The notes: generated from the letters alone by a model not told the origin. A DNA stretch of 64,000 bases from Orbicella franksi (GCA_964199315.1 OZ116709.1:20832001-20896000), one strand, 5' to 3'. Positions 1 through 12,757 are shown, counted from the first letter of the stretch. Numbers and translations are program-made.

Positions 1-617
1 AGTGTTTTTCAATTTTTATGATGTCAACATGAGGACAAAAAGCAAAACAAACCGTGAATTTTCTCACGTTTCCTTTGGTGAATGTTTTTAAAATTTGGTT
101 CAGTTGTAATCACATACAATTCCTATGAAATAACCTATTTTTGTTAAAATCTGTCAGAGCTAATCTAATATATTTAGAAGAATGACAAATTACAGAATAT
201 TGGAAAAACCATCTGAACAACCTTGACTCTTTACCCATTAAAAAGGTCAGGCGATATCATTTCCATGATGAGGCAAAGTATGGAAACATTTCACTGAAGG
301 AAAGCATAAAAATTAAGGAGTTTAGGCCAAAATGAGGAATATATCTGCCTGTCATTAGATGAGATGTTGCCATGGTAATGGCCCCAGGCCTGTTCCAAGT
401 CGTGCTACTGCCGTGCCGAACACAAATGAAATTGTCATTTTGATTTAAGCACGGCAGTAGCACGTTATTTGAAACCATTAAGCACAGCACCGCTGAATTC
501 GGTTCAGCACCACTACTTAGCACAGCAGGCCTTGCCGTGCCGCACTGCAGTAGCATGACTCGGTTTCAAACGGCATGCTATTGTCGCGCCGAACTCAATT
601 CATAAATTCATTTAATG

Positions 618-1490
618 TACCTTATTAAATGAAATTTTCGCGACACGTTAATTTCGTGATTTTGAGGTTCACATATTTTGCAACACCTTAATTTCGTGAT
701 TTTGCGAAAATTTTTCATTTTGACTCACTTTAATTTCACATTTTTGAGCCAGACACGCTTTATTTCTTTGTCAATGTAATTTAACATGTCCCTGAATTTG
801 ATCAAACAACTTAATCAACAATGTCCAAATAAACAGAAACGTAACTGATTATGTAAACAGTAACAAGAAAGATGTTCTCATAGTGCCTGCAATGCACGGT
901 TTGTAGTTCATGCTTGAATTCAAGTCACGTTTTTAGTGGTCAATTGACCTCATTATCCATATACATTAAATATTCCTTTCTGCAGACTCCAAAGAGAAAA
1001 TGTTGCCGTTTAGTTTCACGACTGATGCTGTTTAATTGTTTGCGTAAATGTCTTGATACGGATCAACAGGCGGTAGCACTTCTTTTCCAGAGGCGACAGT
1101 AAGAATGGAGGCATCTACTAAGAACGTTGAAGCAATTGAAAGGTTTAAGCAACTAGTGGAACAGCACAACAAGGGGCCTGTAAATGAACAGTTCGAGGAT
1201 TGTACAAAAGAAGTGCTACCTGGAGTGGGGACGGAAAGCAGTAGTGATGAAGAGGACCAGAACATTACCACAGAATAGTTCAAAATGATTGTTATAAACG
1301 TGTGTAATGGTAATAAAGTCGCTTTTTAATTATTGACATAATGTGAGTCACTTAATTTTCGCGTCATGTTAATTTTGCGACATGTTAATTTTGCAACATT
1401 AAATTTTTGTGTCACTTAAATTTCGCATTTTTTTTTAAATTGTGAAATTCATGAAATTAACGTGTCGTGAAAATTTCATGTAATAAGGTA
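618..1490. mobile_element. Non-autonomous TIR element nested in the Harbinger remnant
   Basis: ~45-bp imperfect TIRs: taccttattaaatgaaattttcgcgacacgttaatttc at 618 and its reverse complement ending ...taataaggta at 1490. Subterminal ttaatttcgcg repeats; both ends finish in TA. Confidence 0.75.
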
Positions 1491-1759
1491 TTTTGCATTA
1501 TTTGCATACTATGATGCATGCACACAAATCAAAAACAGAACGACCAAATGGCATCGTGGCGTAAAGATTTATCAATTTGCCAGAAAGCTTGAGAGAAGAG
1601 GAATCCAATGGTGACAATAGCTCAACCGACATTTCCCAAGCTTTTTAAAAGAGATATTCACCTGCAACGTTCAACAGCTATTCTCCAGATAACAACAAAG
1701 AGACTGATTCAAGCAAATCCAATACAGGAGTCAGTACACAGAGTGAAGTGTGCAGCTTG

Positions 1760-1962
1760 AGGAAAAAGAAGCGAAAGGGACGGAGAAGCATGTGGGAAGA
1801 GCATCATGTCAATGAATTAGTAGATGTGATGTGCAGTAGCGTGTACTATGAGAAGTTGATTTTCACCAACACGAAAAATCTCCAAGAATGCAGAAATATA
1901 CACTAATGTGCTCAAAGAATTGGGCCAGAGATATGAAGATGGTAGCTTCCCGTTCAGTGTAG

Positions 1963-1993
<31 letters not shown>

Positions 1994-2005
1994 CTCTGAA
2001 ATGCA
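1760..2005 (+). pseudogene. Frameshifted Myb/SANT-like (trihelix) DNA-binding domain fragment
   Basis: Hand translation gives RKGRRSMWEEHHVNELVDVMCSSVYYEKLIFTNTKN, then a frameshift, then AEIYTNVLKELGQRYEDGSFPFSVDQLRNKFKKCISE. This fits the W...L...Y..+...L...Q.RNKFKK pattern of Myb/SANT-like domains. Confidence 0.65.
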
Positions 2006-2124
2006 AAAAAAAAAAAAAAACACTGGATGGATAGTGTGTTTTGTGTTTTGAATTTGGCATGATTGTATTAGGTTCAACACTGCTGAGCCAAAGTCATTTG
2101 AGTTCGGCACGGCAGTAGCAAGAC

Positions 2125-2640
2125 AGGGGAAGAATAGGGGTATGCAAATCCGCCGATCCGTGCCTTTTTTCCCCAAAATCTGTCGATCCGCCAACATTTT
2201 CGTTCAAATCCAAAACCACAACCACATCCAGAAACAGAAGTGTAAAAGTTCAAAGGTAAACTAGTAAATGTGAATGCCATTGTTAATTTCACACAAATAG
2301 TAAAGGCAACATGCTTAATGACCATAACATGGTACAATTCCAATAACAATCTCACACTTGAGTTTAAATGAGCTTCGTTCGAAAAAAGAAATAATTTGGA
2401 TGAACTCATCAACATACCGACCATGGCTGAAGAAAGATCTATGATCCAAATTTTGTTTAGGACCCAAGATTTGAACATCAAGACAGGCACAATCCGGAAT
2501 CCGTGCTGAAATTCACAACTGATCCACAATCCACCGTGTTTTCAAAATCCGTGAATCTGCTCGATTTACCGCAAAAATCCACAATTTGTGCGCTTTTTAA
2601 GGCCAAATCCGTTGATCCGAAAACCTTTTCACCCCCCTCT
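2125..2640. mobile_element. Short non-autonomous element with degenerate TIRs and gatccg subterminal repeats
   Basis: Left end agggaagaatagggg versus right end ccttttcacccccctc; repeated aaatccgccgatccg/aaatccgttgatccg motifs. Confidence 0.4.
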
Positions 2641-3294
2641 TTGGAACAGGCCTTACTCCAAAAATTGACAACCAAAAAATAAGCCTTATTTTAACAGTAC
2701 CCATACTGGTAAATCTCTACTGGGAAAACTTAAAGAGAAATAAACAGTTTCAATTTCTTACTGGCACTCTATAGGTGGGGGGGGGGGGGGGGGGGGGGGG
2801 GGAGGGTTCATAAATACTCTAGGAAGCCACCTTCAGGTTGTCTCTTTTAAGACTGATAGGGTACAGTCTATGTGCACTTTTCCTTTAAATTTTCGTATGT
2901 TGTATTCATGTGAAAAGTCAATTTGGAGAAAAAATCCAGTACTTCCCTTTGAGAAATTTCCCTCTCTTGTACTACACAGGAATGTGATAATGTTACAACA
3001 CCAAATAATGTTCATGAAAAGATTAATCGATTCTGATTGGCTGAGAGCAGTGAAGTTTAAGTGTAACACCAGTGCAAAAAGTGTAACACCAGTGCAAATT
3101 ACACATCGCAATTCTGAGTTATGATTGGTTGAAAGACAAAAGGAAATTTTCTAAGCCAATGATATCACATAAAATGATGATGAAAATTTTGTGCAGAAAC
3201 TTTGAAAGGTTTTCTTGAATGAGAAAAATGGCTTCAAGAAAGATCTTCCAGCACTTCCTCCACGGGCATTTTTTCATGTTAATATTATTAATAA

Positions 3295-3459
3295 GTAATC
3301 ATACGGTTTTTCTCGTTCAATTTGGGATTAATTTGCACTTGTGAGTTTTTCAAAATGCTGAAATTGCACTTGCCGAAGCGGTTCGTGCAATTTCAGCTTT
3401 TTGAAAAACTCACTCGTGCGAATTAATTCCTAATTGAACGAGAAAAACCGTATGATTAC
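3295..3459. repeat. ~165-bp near-perfect palindrome (hairpin), probably the end of a non-autonomous element
   Basis: Outer arms gtaatcatacggtttttctcgttcaatt and aattgaacgagaaaaaccgtatgattac are reverse complements. Inner arms (gagttttttcaaaatgctgaaattgcac and gtgcaatttcagctttttgaaaaactc) also pair. Confidence 0.8.
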
Positions 3460-4517
3460 CTATACTTATTATCCAATTTCCGCTTTATCATCTGTCAAGT
3501 GGTCGCTTACGGGAGGTTAAAAAAAACGAAAGCTTTAAAGGTGATCGTGATCGCTTACGAGAGGTGGTCGCTCATAGGAGGTTTCAAATATAGTAAAAGT
3601 TATAAACGGAATTGTTAGTCAGCCTATCGATTTGAATTTGAACATCCAGCTGCTTATTTTCACCTGAAAATACGTTCGACTCCAAACCAAGCGCTTAAAA
3701 ATGAAAAAATCTGCTTACCTTTACCTGATGCCTGCAGAAAGCCGCCATTTTGACATACCTACCACGTGACTCGAGAATCAAACTTGCTGTGCTGGGGTAG
3801 TGGGGTGGGGTCTTATTTGTGGCGGGACAGGTTTGAGCATAGCCCACGAATCTTGAACTTCCATGAAAGCTCTTTACGGAATAAGTCCAAGTATACAGCC
3901 AGCGAAAGCAACGATTTCGAAAGTTTGCACTCTAAATCAGGAGATTCCTCAAGGAAAATATGATAAGCGATGAGCGCAGTTTTTTTTACCGCTAACAGTT
4001 CAGGCCAAAAATCGATTTGAGTCGCAGAAGGACAACTCACAGAAGTGGCTTTACCTCTGTTGTTAAAGATCGTTAAACCATTTGGTAGACGCTGTTGTAA
4101 TTGAAGAAGAGCTACGGAGGTTTAAACCTTCTAAAACGTAAGTGATTTTTAATCAGTTCACTATTTTTCTTTGTCAGATTTAATTTTCGCCACAACGTTC
4201 CTTCTGGAAGAAAGATTAGTTTAATAACTCATACTTCGTCTTCGTTTTTAGAATTTACCCGTGGGTACTCCCTATAGTCAGGAGCCCTGCTATAGTATAC
4301 TTTGTTCTTTAAAAAGGTATCAAAGGGTTACCTTTTCTGTCAAAAACGGTAAATAAAAGTGTTTGAACCTCAGGGCGGGGCCTCCTCGTATAAAATTTTT
4401 GTTGAGATCTAAATCGTAAAAACTCTTTTTCCTTGGCCATCGTAGCTTTAGAAGAAACAAAACACAAACCGCGGTGATAAACATGGAACCAAAACGCATG
4501 TTAAACAAAGTTAATTT

Positions 4518-4557
4518 CCTTGACGTTTCGTATGTACAACATACATCTTCAGAAGTG
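4518..4557 (-). ncRNA. Minimal type-I hammerhead ribozyme in the Penelope tail
   Basis: Minus strand reads cactt-CTGAAGA-t-gtatgt/tgt/acatac-GAAA-CGTC-aagg: core boxes, stem II hairpin, palindromic mini stem III and a ctt/aag stem I. Confidence 0.75.
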
Positions 4558-4702
4558 ACCGTTAACTAGATTACAATCGAAATTTAAACGCGAAGAGAAA
4601 GAAAAAGACTGGTATCTAATAATATGTAACAAGACTAATAGTTAATAACAAATAGATGAGTGAAAAAAAAAATTACCATAATAATAATAACAATACAAAA
4701 TG

Positions 4703-5722
4703 CTAGTAAAGAAAAAGTTTTTCACTGCCAACGTTTTCATTCAAGCCTGGCTTTAAATCACGAATTAACAATGTTTCCTTAATTTTACAATGTATATCTG
4801 ACCTACCAGTTGCTAAGATATCAAAATTGTCCCATTTAATATTATGACCCGTGGAAGTAACGTGATCCGCAATGGCTGAGGTGTGACCGCTTTTAGCAAG
4901 GGCCTTAAAATGTTCAGTTTTTCTATCGTGTAGTCGACGCTTTGTTTTTCCTATATAAAAATCGTCACAGTCCCAGCAGCTTGCCTTGTAAACCACCTTA
5001 GACATCTGAGAACGGCTGAACCTGTCCTTGTACGGGAAAAAAGATTTGATTCGGCGGGTGTTTCGGAAAATTATTTTAACGTTAAAACAACCATAAAACT
5101 TATAGATACAAGATTTAAGTTGCTGGGTAATTACTTTACTTTGGAACCCTAAAAATGGTAAAACAATGAAGATTTCTCTCTTGGGAACTGTAGTGATAGG
5201 GTCTTTAGGTTTGTTTTGATGTCTATTCACTACATCGTTCATGTTGTACGTGATGATACAACGGGGATAACCATTGCGTGACAATAGCTTCCTGAGATCA
5301 TCCAAGGCAGACTGTAATGATGAAGACGATGAACAGATGCGAAGACAACGATAAGTAAGGGTGCGGATGAGGTTTATCTTGTACTTGCGAGGTGTGAAGG
5401 AGTCCCATTTCGTGTAAAGGCCAGTGAAAGTTTTCTTACGGTAAATGGATGTTGAGAATGAATTGTTATGGCGTTTGACACGAACATCAAGGAATGGAAG
5501 TTCGTGATCCTGTTCAAATTCAATGGTAAATTTGATGTTGACATGTCGGTCGTTGAGATAAGAGAGAAATTTAACAGCAGCGTCCTTATTGTCAAATAAG
5601 GTGAAGGTGTCGTCAACGTATCTGAACCAAATGGTAGGACGAGCACTGTTATTCATCACCCACTTCTCCTCAAAATGACACATAAAAATATTGGCCAAGA
5701 CAGGACCCAAAGGGGAGCCCAT
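4703..5722 (-). CDS. Penelope-like RT (C-terminal part) + GIY-YIG endonuclease, 5'-truncated
   Basis: MGSPLGPVLANIFM, FRYVDDTF catalytic motif, LPFLDV, and VVYKASCWDCDDFYIGKTKRRLHDRKTEH (GIY-YIG-like with CxxC). Confidence 0.92.
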   Translation of the reverse strand: MGSPLGPVLANIFMCHFEEKWVMNNSARPTIWFRYVDDTFTLFDNKDAAVKFLSYLNDRHVNIKFTIEFEQDHELPFLDVRVKRHNNSFSTSIYRKKTFTGLYTKWDSFTPRKYKINLIRTLTYRCLRICSSSSSLQSALDDLRKLLSRNGYPRCIITYNMNDVVNRHQNKPKDPITTVPKREIFIVLPFLGFQSKVITQQLKSCIYKFYGCFNVKIIFRNTRRIKSFFPYKDRFSRSQMSKVVYKASCWDCDDFYIGKTKRRLHDRKTEHFKALAKSGHTSAIADHVTSTGHNIKWDNFDILATGRSDIHCKIKETLLIRDLKPGLNENVGSEKLFLY

Positions 5723-5870
5723 GGCAACACCATCAATTATTATGGTAATATTTTTTTTTTGTTTTCATTCATCTGTTTGTTATTAACTATTAGTCTTGTT
5801 ACATATTATTAGATACCAGTCTTTTTCTTTCTCTTCGCGTTTAAATTTCGATTGTAATCTAGTTAACGGT

Positions 5871-5910
5871 CACTTCTGAAGATGTATGTTGTACATACGA
5901 AACGTCAAGG
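5871..5910 (+). ncRNA. Minimal type-I hammerhead ribozyme (inverted tail copy)
   Basis: cacttCTGAAGAtgtatgttgtacatacGAAACGTCaagg, identical to the minus-strand copy at 4518-4557. Confidence 0.75.
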
Positions 5911-6328
5911 AAATTAACTTTGTTTAACATGCGTTTTGGTTCCATGTTTATCACCGCGGTTTGTGTTTTGTTTGTTGAGATCTCTTGAGTGCACCCCCCC
6001 CCCCCCACCCCGTGGGCGTTTTTAGGTACTCGGTGAAAATATTTTGATTGACAGGTCAGGTTTGATTTTCACCAAGCCCACGTGGATCTTCAGAACTGAT
6101 AGAACGATAATTTCTGTCACCTCCATTTTAAAGCATCTTGTACACGGAACTAAGAGAGACGGTAGGTCAATTACGTGTTAAGAAATCCTCTTCGCTTAAT
6201 TCTTATGTAAGCTAAAATTTTCCTTTGTATTACTCTGGAAACGCGCGATTGACTGAACAGTGTTCAAATGTACTCTGGTATTAACTCGGTCCTGAAAATT
6301 CCCTGTATTTTCTTACTGTTTTAGATCT

Positions 6329-6715
6329 ATGGATAACTCTAGGATATCAGATTATGACTACAATCTTATGTGCACTGAAAACAGAGAGTTCCTCTACGAA
6401 AATGAGGGTATACCAGGAATTAATCCAGACTTTGTTTACCTAAAAAGTCAAACAGAAGTGTCAAAGATGGCGAATTCGAAATTTGGTGAAACAAGAATCG
6501 TTCCTAACCAGCAGACGCCTACGAAAAAGCGTAAGCGAAATTCCGTCAAAGATAAGCAAAGAACCGAGGCCGAACAGATTGCGTACAAGAAACTGAAAGA
6601 ATTAATTCCGTCTTTACGAGGAAACAAGCGAATCACGAAGCTGCAGACCATACGAGAGGCATGCTTGTACATCGAAAATTTGCAGAAAACTCTTACGGGA
6701 ATTCGCAAAGGGTAA
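6329..6715 (+). CDS. bHLH transcription factor with atypical basic region
   Basis: AYKKLKELIPSLRGNKRITKLQTIREACLYIENLQKTL is a clear helix-loop-helix. An acceptor ttttcttactgttttag lies just before the ATG and a candidate 5'UTR donor GTAAGT at 4138. The stop overlaps a possible donor (g|gtaagg), so the 3' end may be incomplete. Confidence 0.85.
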   Translation: MDNSRISDYDYNLMCTENREFLYENEGIPGINPDFVYLKSQTEVSKMANSKFGETRIVPNQQTPTKKRKRNSVKDKQRTEAEQIAYKKLKELIPSLRGNKRITKLQTIREACLYIENLQKTLTGIRKG

Positions 6716-7610
6716 GGAAGACTTGGACCAGATGGCAGGCTTACATTTATTATCACTTAGTATGCCTGAGTTGGTTGCCAGTGTTTGTAGAACAAATACG
6801 ATTATCTGGAAAGAGCTTGCACTGCAGTTAGTCGCGTAATCTATTTAGCTTTTAGTCTTAATGTTTACCTCGACCAGCAATCGATGTACAACTACCGTAT
6901 TGCGCTAAAGTGTATTCAACATTTTCAGTTGGAACAGCAGTAGTGTTGAACGAAGAAATACGATTTTAGAAGACTGATTTTCAGTAAATTTTTGAGTTTG
7001 ATATCTAAGTCGCTGGTATATCAAAGAAAATCCGAAATACTGTATTAAGCTTAAATACTTTGCGCATGTTTTTCAAAACAGCCCTGACTGTTCTTTAATT
7101 ATAAACCTTATGACGGTATTCATCTACGACCAGATCTTTCAAACATTTAATCTGGCTTGACATTCAGCATGCTTTTGAAAGCGAATTTTTCTGTCTCAAG
7201 GATATTAAAGGGACACCGCGGTAAAATTAACAAAATATTGCCAGCGGAAAAGTTTTTGTCCTTTCTTAAAACATAGCATTGGTCATGCGTGAAAGCACAT
7301 CAGACCACCCCGATCTGGGAAATCAGATTTTGATCTATTTGTTCCTGAAAGAGTTTAAACAGTAGGCCAGAAATAGTGAATTCTTCATTTTAAAAGTAAA
7401 GTGTGCAGGATTTCAAATATTTTAAATACTGTTTGTTTGTGTGCGTCACGTGACTGTCATGCTGCTCTCAGATTTGAGTAACGCAATACATTCCTCAAAA
7501 TATGATATAGGATCTCTCAAGTTGAAGATAGAATTACTCTTATTTTTAAGACGCTTTTTCTTGAATTATCGATGTATTTTGCTGTTCGTGTTTGTGATGA
7601 TCAGAATTTA

Positions 7611-8249
7611 GGCCCTGTTTAGAGGGAGGTAGCACTGGCGTAACGCTGCCTGCCTTGTAAACGGGTTCTGCTAGGGACAACTCGCCGACCCGGGAAAACT
7701 TTATTTGGGTTACAAGAAACAAAATGTGATTAAAACAAAAATACCGGCAAAACAAAGAAATTATGACTTAACAAACATCGTGTCAATTCGTATTTTGTTT
7801 TAGTTTTGCTTTGGATAGGAAAAAATTCGAATAACGGCTTTTGGTGCTTTTGCGAAAAAAATTTTCGAAATAATGTTTGTCGCCGACTGTCGCCAAAATA
7901 TTCCATTGCAGAATTGTTTATAGTTTTGCTGTCAAATTCATCCCTTACTAAAGAAAAACATCTCTTTGATTTCAACTCAGCTTAGAAATTGAAATGATTT
8001 CAGTGGAAGTGATAAACCACGTAATTCAAGTGAAAATAGGTTTTGGCACCAAATTTTTATCGATTGTGTGTATTATTTACTTGGTTAACCAAACTAAAGG
8101 GTGACCGGCTAGAGTTGTCCCGGGCAGTAGGGTAACCCTACCTGAAACACTTTGTAAACGCGGGCTATCTTTGACCCCTGGGCTATCTTTGACCCCCTTG
8201 TTAGGGTACCCCTAGTACTAGGGTACCTTACCTGCTTGTAAACGGGGCC
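7611..8249. mobile_element. Harbinger-type MITE
   Basis: TIR ggccctgttta and taaacggggcc, flanked by tta/tga (TWA-like TSD, one mismatch). Internal ttgtaaac and tagggtaccc subterminal repeats. Confidence 0.65.
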
Positions 8250-9878
8250 TGACAAAAACTTCACATATGGTCCATTGTATTCAATACCTTACCAGGTCGT
8301 CATTTAAGCTAATTAGATGAGTTGAAACTAGTACCCCGATAAAAGTTTGGCAGTTCAGTTGCTTTTCCAGAAATGTATGGCCCATTTCCATTTAGAACTT
8401 GCCCACTAGCTAAGTAATAAAAATTTACGACAGATATTTAGGCCTTACAACTGCGTCTACGCAAGTAAAGTTGTGATATTATTAAATTTATACGTTGCTG
8501 GTTTTAAGAGTTTATTAAATTAAAATCAAAAACACATATTTCGTTGTCTGTAGTAACATGAGTACTCATTTCGCGGTGGAAACGGAATCAACTGAACCAT
8601 TGACAAAAGCACAAACACAAGCTCAAGAAGACCACTGAAATAATTTCAATAGTTTCGTTTTGTTCTTTCCTTGTGCTTCAATAGGCTTACTTGCAGTCTA
8701 TTCCGAAGTGAAAACCGGCTAAGTTTCGTCGATTTAACTTACTTCATAAAGCCTTTATAAGCCTTGATGGCCTCTAGCAATGTCCGAGCATGGAAAACAC
8801 AACCAGAAAACATGTACCAGTGTCTTCGGGTTAAAGAAGCTCAGAAACAAATATCGTGCTCGATCATACTCACCGTCAAAAATGAAGATTGGGAGCCTGA
8901 AGAGCCACTTGATGTCATGACATGTGACAGAATGATGACGACCTTATGCGCTCACTGACATGGTGAGAAGAGACGATGTGGTGTGAAAAATTGAAAACGA
9001 AGCAGGAGGGAACTGCGGGATGCAGTACCTGAAGTAAGCCTGATTCTCAGACGTCCGACTTCGCTTTTGGTGCAATCATTCCTACACTTCTCATGTAAGG
9101 CTCCGCTGGCTACTAGCGACTCCGTCATTCGAAGGCTCAAGTGGTGTTGGGGCCAACAAAAATTTCCCGATAATGTCGTCGACGTAATTTCCGATCACAT
9201 TAGGTGGTGATTGGGACGTTTGGGATCAGGACTGTGCCAAAACAATTACAGCTCTCAGCTGAACACAGCATATCTCCATTTTACACTTTTCCGCCATCTT
9301 GATTTCCAAGGAAAACCAATATACAATGCAGCCGTACATGACGTCAGCTCGTGACCTTGAAACCGCATAAAACTTTCCCACGATTTCCTCAAAAATATGA
9401 CACCCCCGCAAAAATTTGCACTAGCCATCTGACGTAAGTGTGTTCCCGCAGTTTTAAAGATATGTTTCTCTTTATACGTTGCACGAAAATATGTTGTGAA
9501 ACCGGCAAGCTGTGCACAATCATTTATACTGTCTCATAACATAATTTTTTAGAACGAACAATTTTCCTCTTTAATTTTATTTGGAATGTTTGAGATAACG
9601 AGAAACGAGGGTCGTCCACCTTATGCTAAAAAATCGTTTCTGGGGGGAGAATCTTTTCAAAGCGATACTCAGTCCGCAAGGCCACGGAAGTCCACGGAAG
9701 CTTTTTGAATTCAAAAAGCCAGAACAATTGATCCCAATCCGCGAAGAAACATATTATTATGCAATGCATCATTTCATTTTACCTCATTATCTTCAATCAG
9801 TTAATATTTAGTTTACCGTTTTTCCCGTATTACGCAAATTTACTACAAAAACACCCCTTCCAATGTAAAATTCTCTTC

Positions 9879-9918
9879 GTACCTGATGAAGGCTGGTTTG
9901 GCCGGCCGAAATATAGTC
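9879..9918 (+). ncRNA. Solo minimal hammerhead ribozyme motif from a different Penelope-type tail
   Basis: gtac-CTGATGA-a-ggctgg/tttgg/ccggcc-GAAA-TATA-gtca: canonical core, stem II and palindromic mini stem III. Confidence 0.65.
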
Positions 9919-11612
9919 ACACTTTTAAAAGAAATCATCCTACGTTATATCGGTATCTGTTTTTATATTGTCCTCATTATGCTTCAGTTTTGTTACTATC
10001 ATGGCTACAGTAACTTAAATTGTGCCACAATATCCTCAGGACTAACAAAGAGAGCAAAAACCGTCTTACTGCTTTTGTGATGAGTGAACAAATTTGCCTA
10101 CGACATTATAAAATTGAATTTTTTTGCGTCACAGTCATTCTAAATATGCCGATGTTATGTGGACAATCAAATATTTCCATTGCTTCGTGGATTCTCAGAA
10201 AAATTCTCACTAGTTTGGTGCCTCGTCCAGATGAACAAAGAGACACTATTTCCTCTATTTTTTTTATTTTTTTTAATTTTTTTTTTTAAACAGACTTCCT
10301 CAAAGTCTCTCGGTCCCGGAGCTTCACCTTCTCTTTATGGGTACTAGACTTATAGAGAAAAATTTAATTAAATTGAGGCTAGTAAGACGTCGGGAAACAT
10401 TTGTTAGTTTTAAAATGAGTTAATTTATTGTTAAGGAGACAAGGGGATATTTATTGTTCATAAGCAAAGTTAAGAAATCTTCAATCGAGTTATTCGAGCA
10501 ACCTGTATGTTGCATTGTCGTCTACTGACCTCCGATTGATCCAAAGACCAAATACCCACTCAATCTCCATTGCACTTATTTGGTGTATTCGGTCATATAG
10601 GGATCGGAAGAGGCTAACACATTTTGGCACTTGTCAGCTCAGCAATCGATTCGGCAATTCCTAACTTAAAATATTTCGCAGCTCAAGTGGCAGAAACATT
10701 ACCAGCTGTTCTTATGGCATAGTGTCAAATATCCAACGCTGAGAATTAAGCAAAGTACATTTCTTTTAATTTTTTGATTGATTTTGGTCGGTTAATTTAA
10801 ATTTTTTCTTATTTTGAAATGATACATACACTTCTAGTTCAAACTTAATTTAAACTCTTTGATATAGTATGTAATTATACCCTATTTTTAACTACTCAAG
10901 AATTCTTTTTTTTTTTTACGTTGTCTTCACCAAAAGTTTGAATAGATAATTGTGAAGGCCGTCTGCTGTCTATTTTGGCAGCTTTAGCAACAAAGATAGA
11001 GAAATACTAGTTTTATATTCTTTCATCTGAACAAACATTAACCCAATAAAATTGACCAAATGGACCTATTGTCTACTGTACAACAGACCAATCAGATCAC
11101 TGTTTCACTGACATTATTATGAGATATCATGAATTATTCAACTGGCATGCGGGTAAATACCAGTAAGGGCTTGAAGGCGCTATGGAGATATGCTTTCCCA
11201 TCAGTTATTATCATTTAACAGGAAAAACGAGAATATACATTCACGGAGCTACAAGACGTTCGTAGCTTGTTTAAACACTCCGGGCTTTTCCCACTCTTTA
11301 AAGGCGTAGTCAAGTCACAGAAGGAACCATTTTTTCCACTGATTGCGACGGATTTTTTTTCCTTTTTCTGAAAAAGACCGAGATTATTTTATTTCAACTG
11401 GCGCCGATCTCCGACCGAAGGCAACCGCGGCAAACACTTTACATGGGATGGGCCTAGTTCCGCAATGGCAACACGATTATCGTCTTTTAAATTCACCTGT
11501 TTCTCTGTGTTAACTCTACTGCTCTGAAAACGCGAGGATGAAGTCCTCGCCCTAACAGATGGCGCCAGCGACATATTGATCATGCAAGATCGCTCCGCAA
11601 GAAATATGCAAA

Positions 11613-12371
11613 ATGACCCACGATCAAGAAAGGAGATATCAATCTATCACACACCAAGCTACGGCGACAAACAATGTCGATTTTTATTCAAGCCACAGAG
11701 CGGCGAACAATGGAGTTAACGGGACTGTTTATCCGCTCCACTCGGCTTACCGCGAAAATTCTGGCGCGTTGGCACCATATTATTACCAAACGGACAGTAG
11801 TCACGGTCCACGATTAGGTCTCATACGAGGGTACCACCGTCATATGTACGAACCGATACCCCAGCAGGGACCGTGTTGTGACTGCGCCCCCGATCGCTCA
11901 AAAGGAGCGCAATCATCTGAATGTTGTAACTGGGGAGTGGCTTGTGGTTGTGTACTGTTGATAATCGGGGTCATAGCAATTCTGATGGGGTTTATGGTGC
12001 CTCAAAAGCCTCAAAAAAGTCGCCACTCCCATGTGTCGCACGAGGAAAGAAAAGAACTGCATCAGATCAATCTTTTCATTGATATTTTTGTCATTTCAGG
12101 ACTTTCAGTCCTCTCTATCGGAGGTTTGCTCATTTCTGTGGCCCTGTTACTGCCTCTACTCAGGCGAAGGACCGAGCACCGATGCGAAGAACCGATCAAA
12201 TATTTCGGCAGCGAGGTTTACGTGAAATCCGAACAGCTACCGCTGGCAAAGTCCGGAGCGCCTTCAATAGATCTGGGTTTTCACAAGGATGTTGTTCCAG
12301 GCGATGTTGCACTGCGTAAAATTCAACCCGAAAGTGTCAAAAGCGAACCCGTTGATTTAACTGCGGAATAA
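11613..12371 (+). CDS. Neurensin-like two-pass membrane protein (single coding exon)
   Basis: Two hydrophobic segments (WGVACGCVLLIIGVIAILMGFMVP and IFVISGLSVLSIGGLLISVALLLP). The preceding GLIRGYHRHMYE resembles the neurensin GVRSYLHQFYE motif, and GFMVPQK resembles GFLVPPK. Confidence 0.7.
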   Translation: MTHDQERRYQSITHQATATNNVDFYSSHRAANNGVNGTVYPLHSAYRENSGALAPYYYQTDSSHGPRLGLIRGYHRHMYEPIPQQGPCCDCAPDRSKGAQSSECCNWGVACGCVLLIIGVIAILMGFMVPQKPQKSRHSHVSHEERKELHQINLFIDIFVISGLSVLSIGGLLISVALLLPLLRRRTEHRCEEPIKYFGSEVYVKSEQLPLAKSGAPSIDLGFHKDVVPGDVALRKIQPESVKSEPVDLTAE

Positions 12372-12757
12372 AATTTTCCCTGACATAAGACTTGAAGGAG
12401 AAACAACAATCCATGTATATTTTTTTATTTTATCGATAAAGATTAATTTTGAGGTGGGAAACATAATATACCGCATGATTGGTTATCTTGTTATCAAGAG
12501 AGAGTGTACAGAAGGCAGACTGAAAATACAGATTACCATGGTAACATCTAAGTTGACGCACAAGAATTATAATTTTTATTCAAAACCTATCCACAGTTGT
12601 TCTACACGTTCTGACATAGGGCTAGTCAGTTATTTTGCGGTAAGACATAATTATTTCGTCCTCGAATATACTTCTAACAACTTATTCAGACGATTCACAG
12701 TTGGAGGTCAATTAATCTCGAGTAACAAATTCAAACAAATTTAAATCACTTTGACTA

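Larger units (their letters stand above)
386..2125. mobile_element. Degenerate PIF/Harbinger-like DNA transposon remnant
   Basis: Inverted end motifs tcgtgctactgccgtgccgaacacaaatga (~400-430) and tcatttgagttcggcacggcagtagcaaga (~2095-2125), with extra partial copies at ~450-600. It encloses a decayed Myb/SANT-like ORF, the usual second gene of Harbingers. No clean TSD found. Confidence 0.55.
4411..5970 (-). mobile_element. 5'-truncated Penelope-like retroelement with inverted pseudo-LTR tail and 10-13 bp TSD
   Basis: RT + GIY-YIG ORF flanked by an inverted copy of its own 3' tail (~4450-4690 versus ~5740-5970). Direct repeat tttgttgagatct at 4398-4410 and 5971-5983. Confidence 0.92.

Noticed and set aside
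2775-2802. Long G runs (also 13376-13396) as functional G-quadruplexes
   Set aside because: Simple homopolymers at repeat junctions, prone to slippage and sequencing error; no supporting context.
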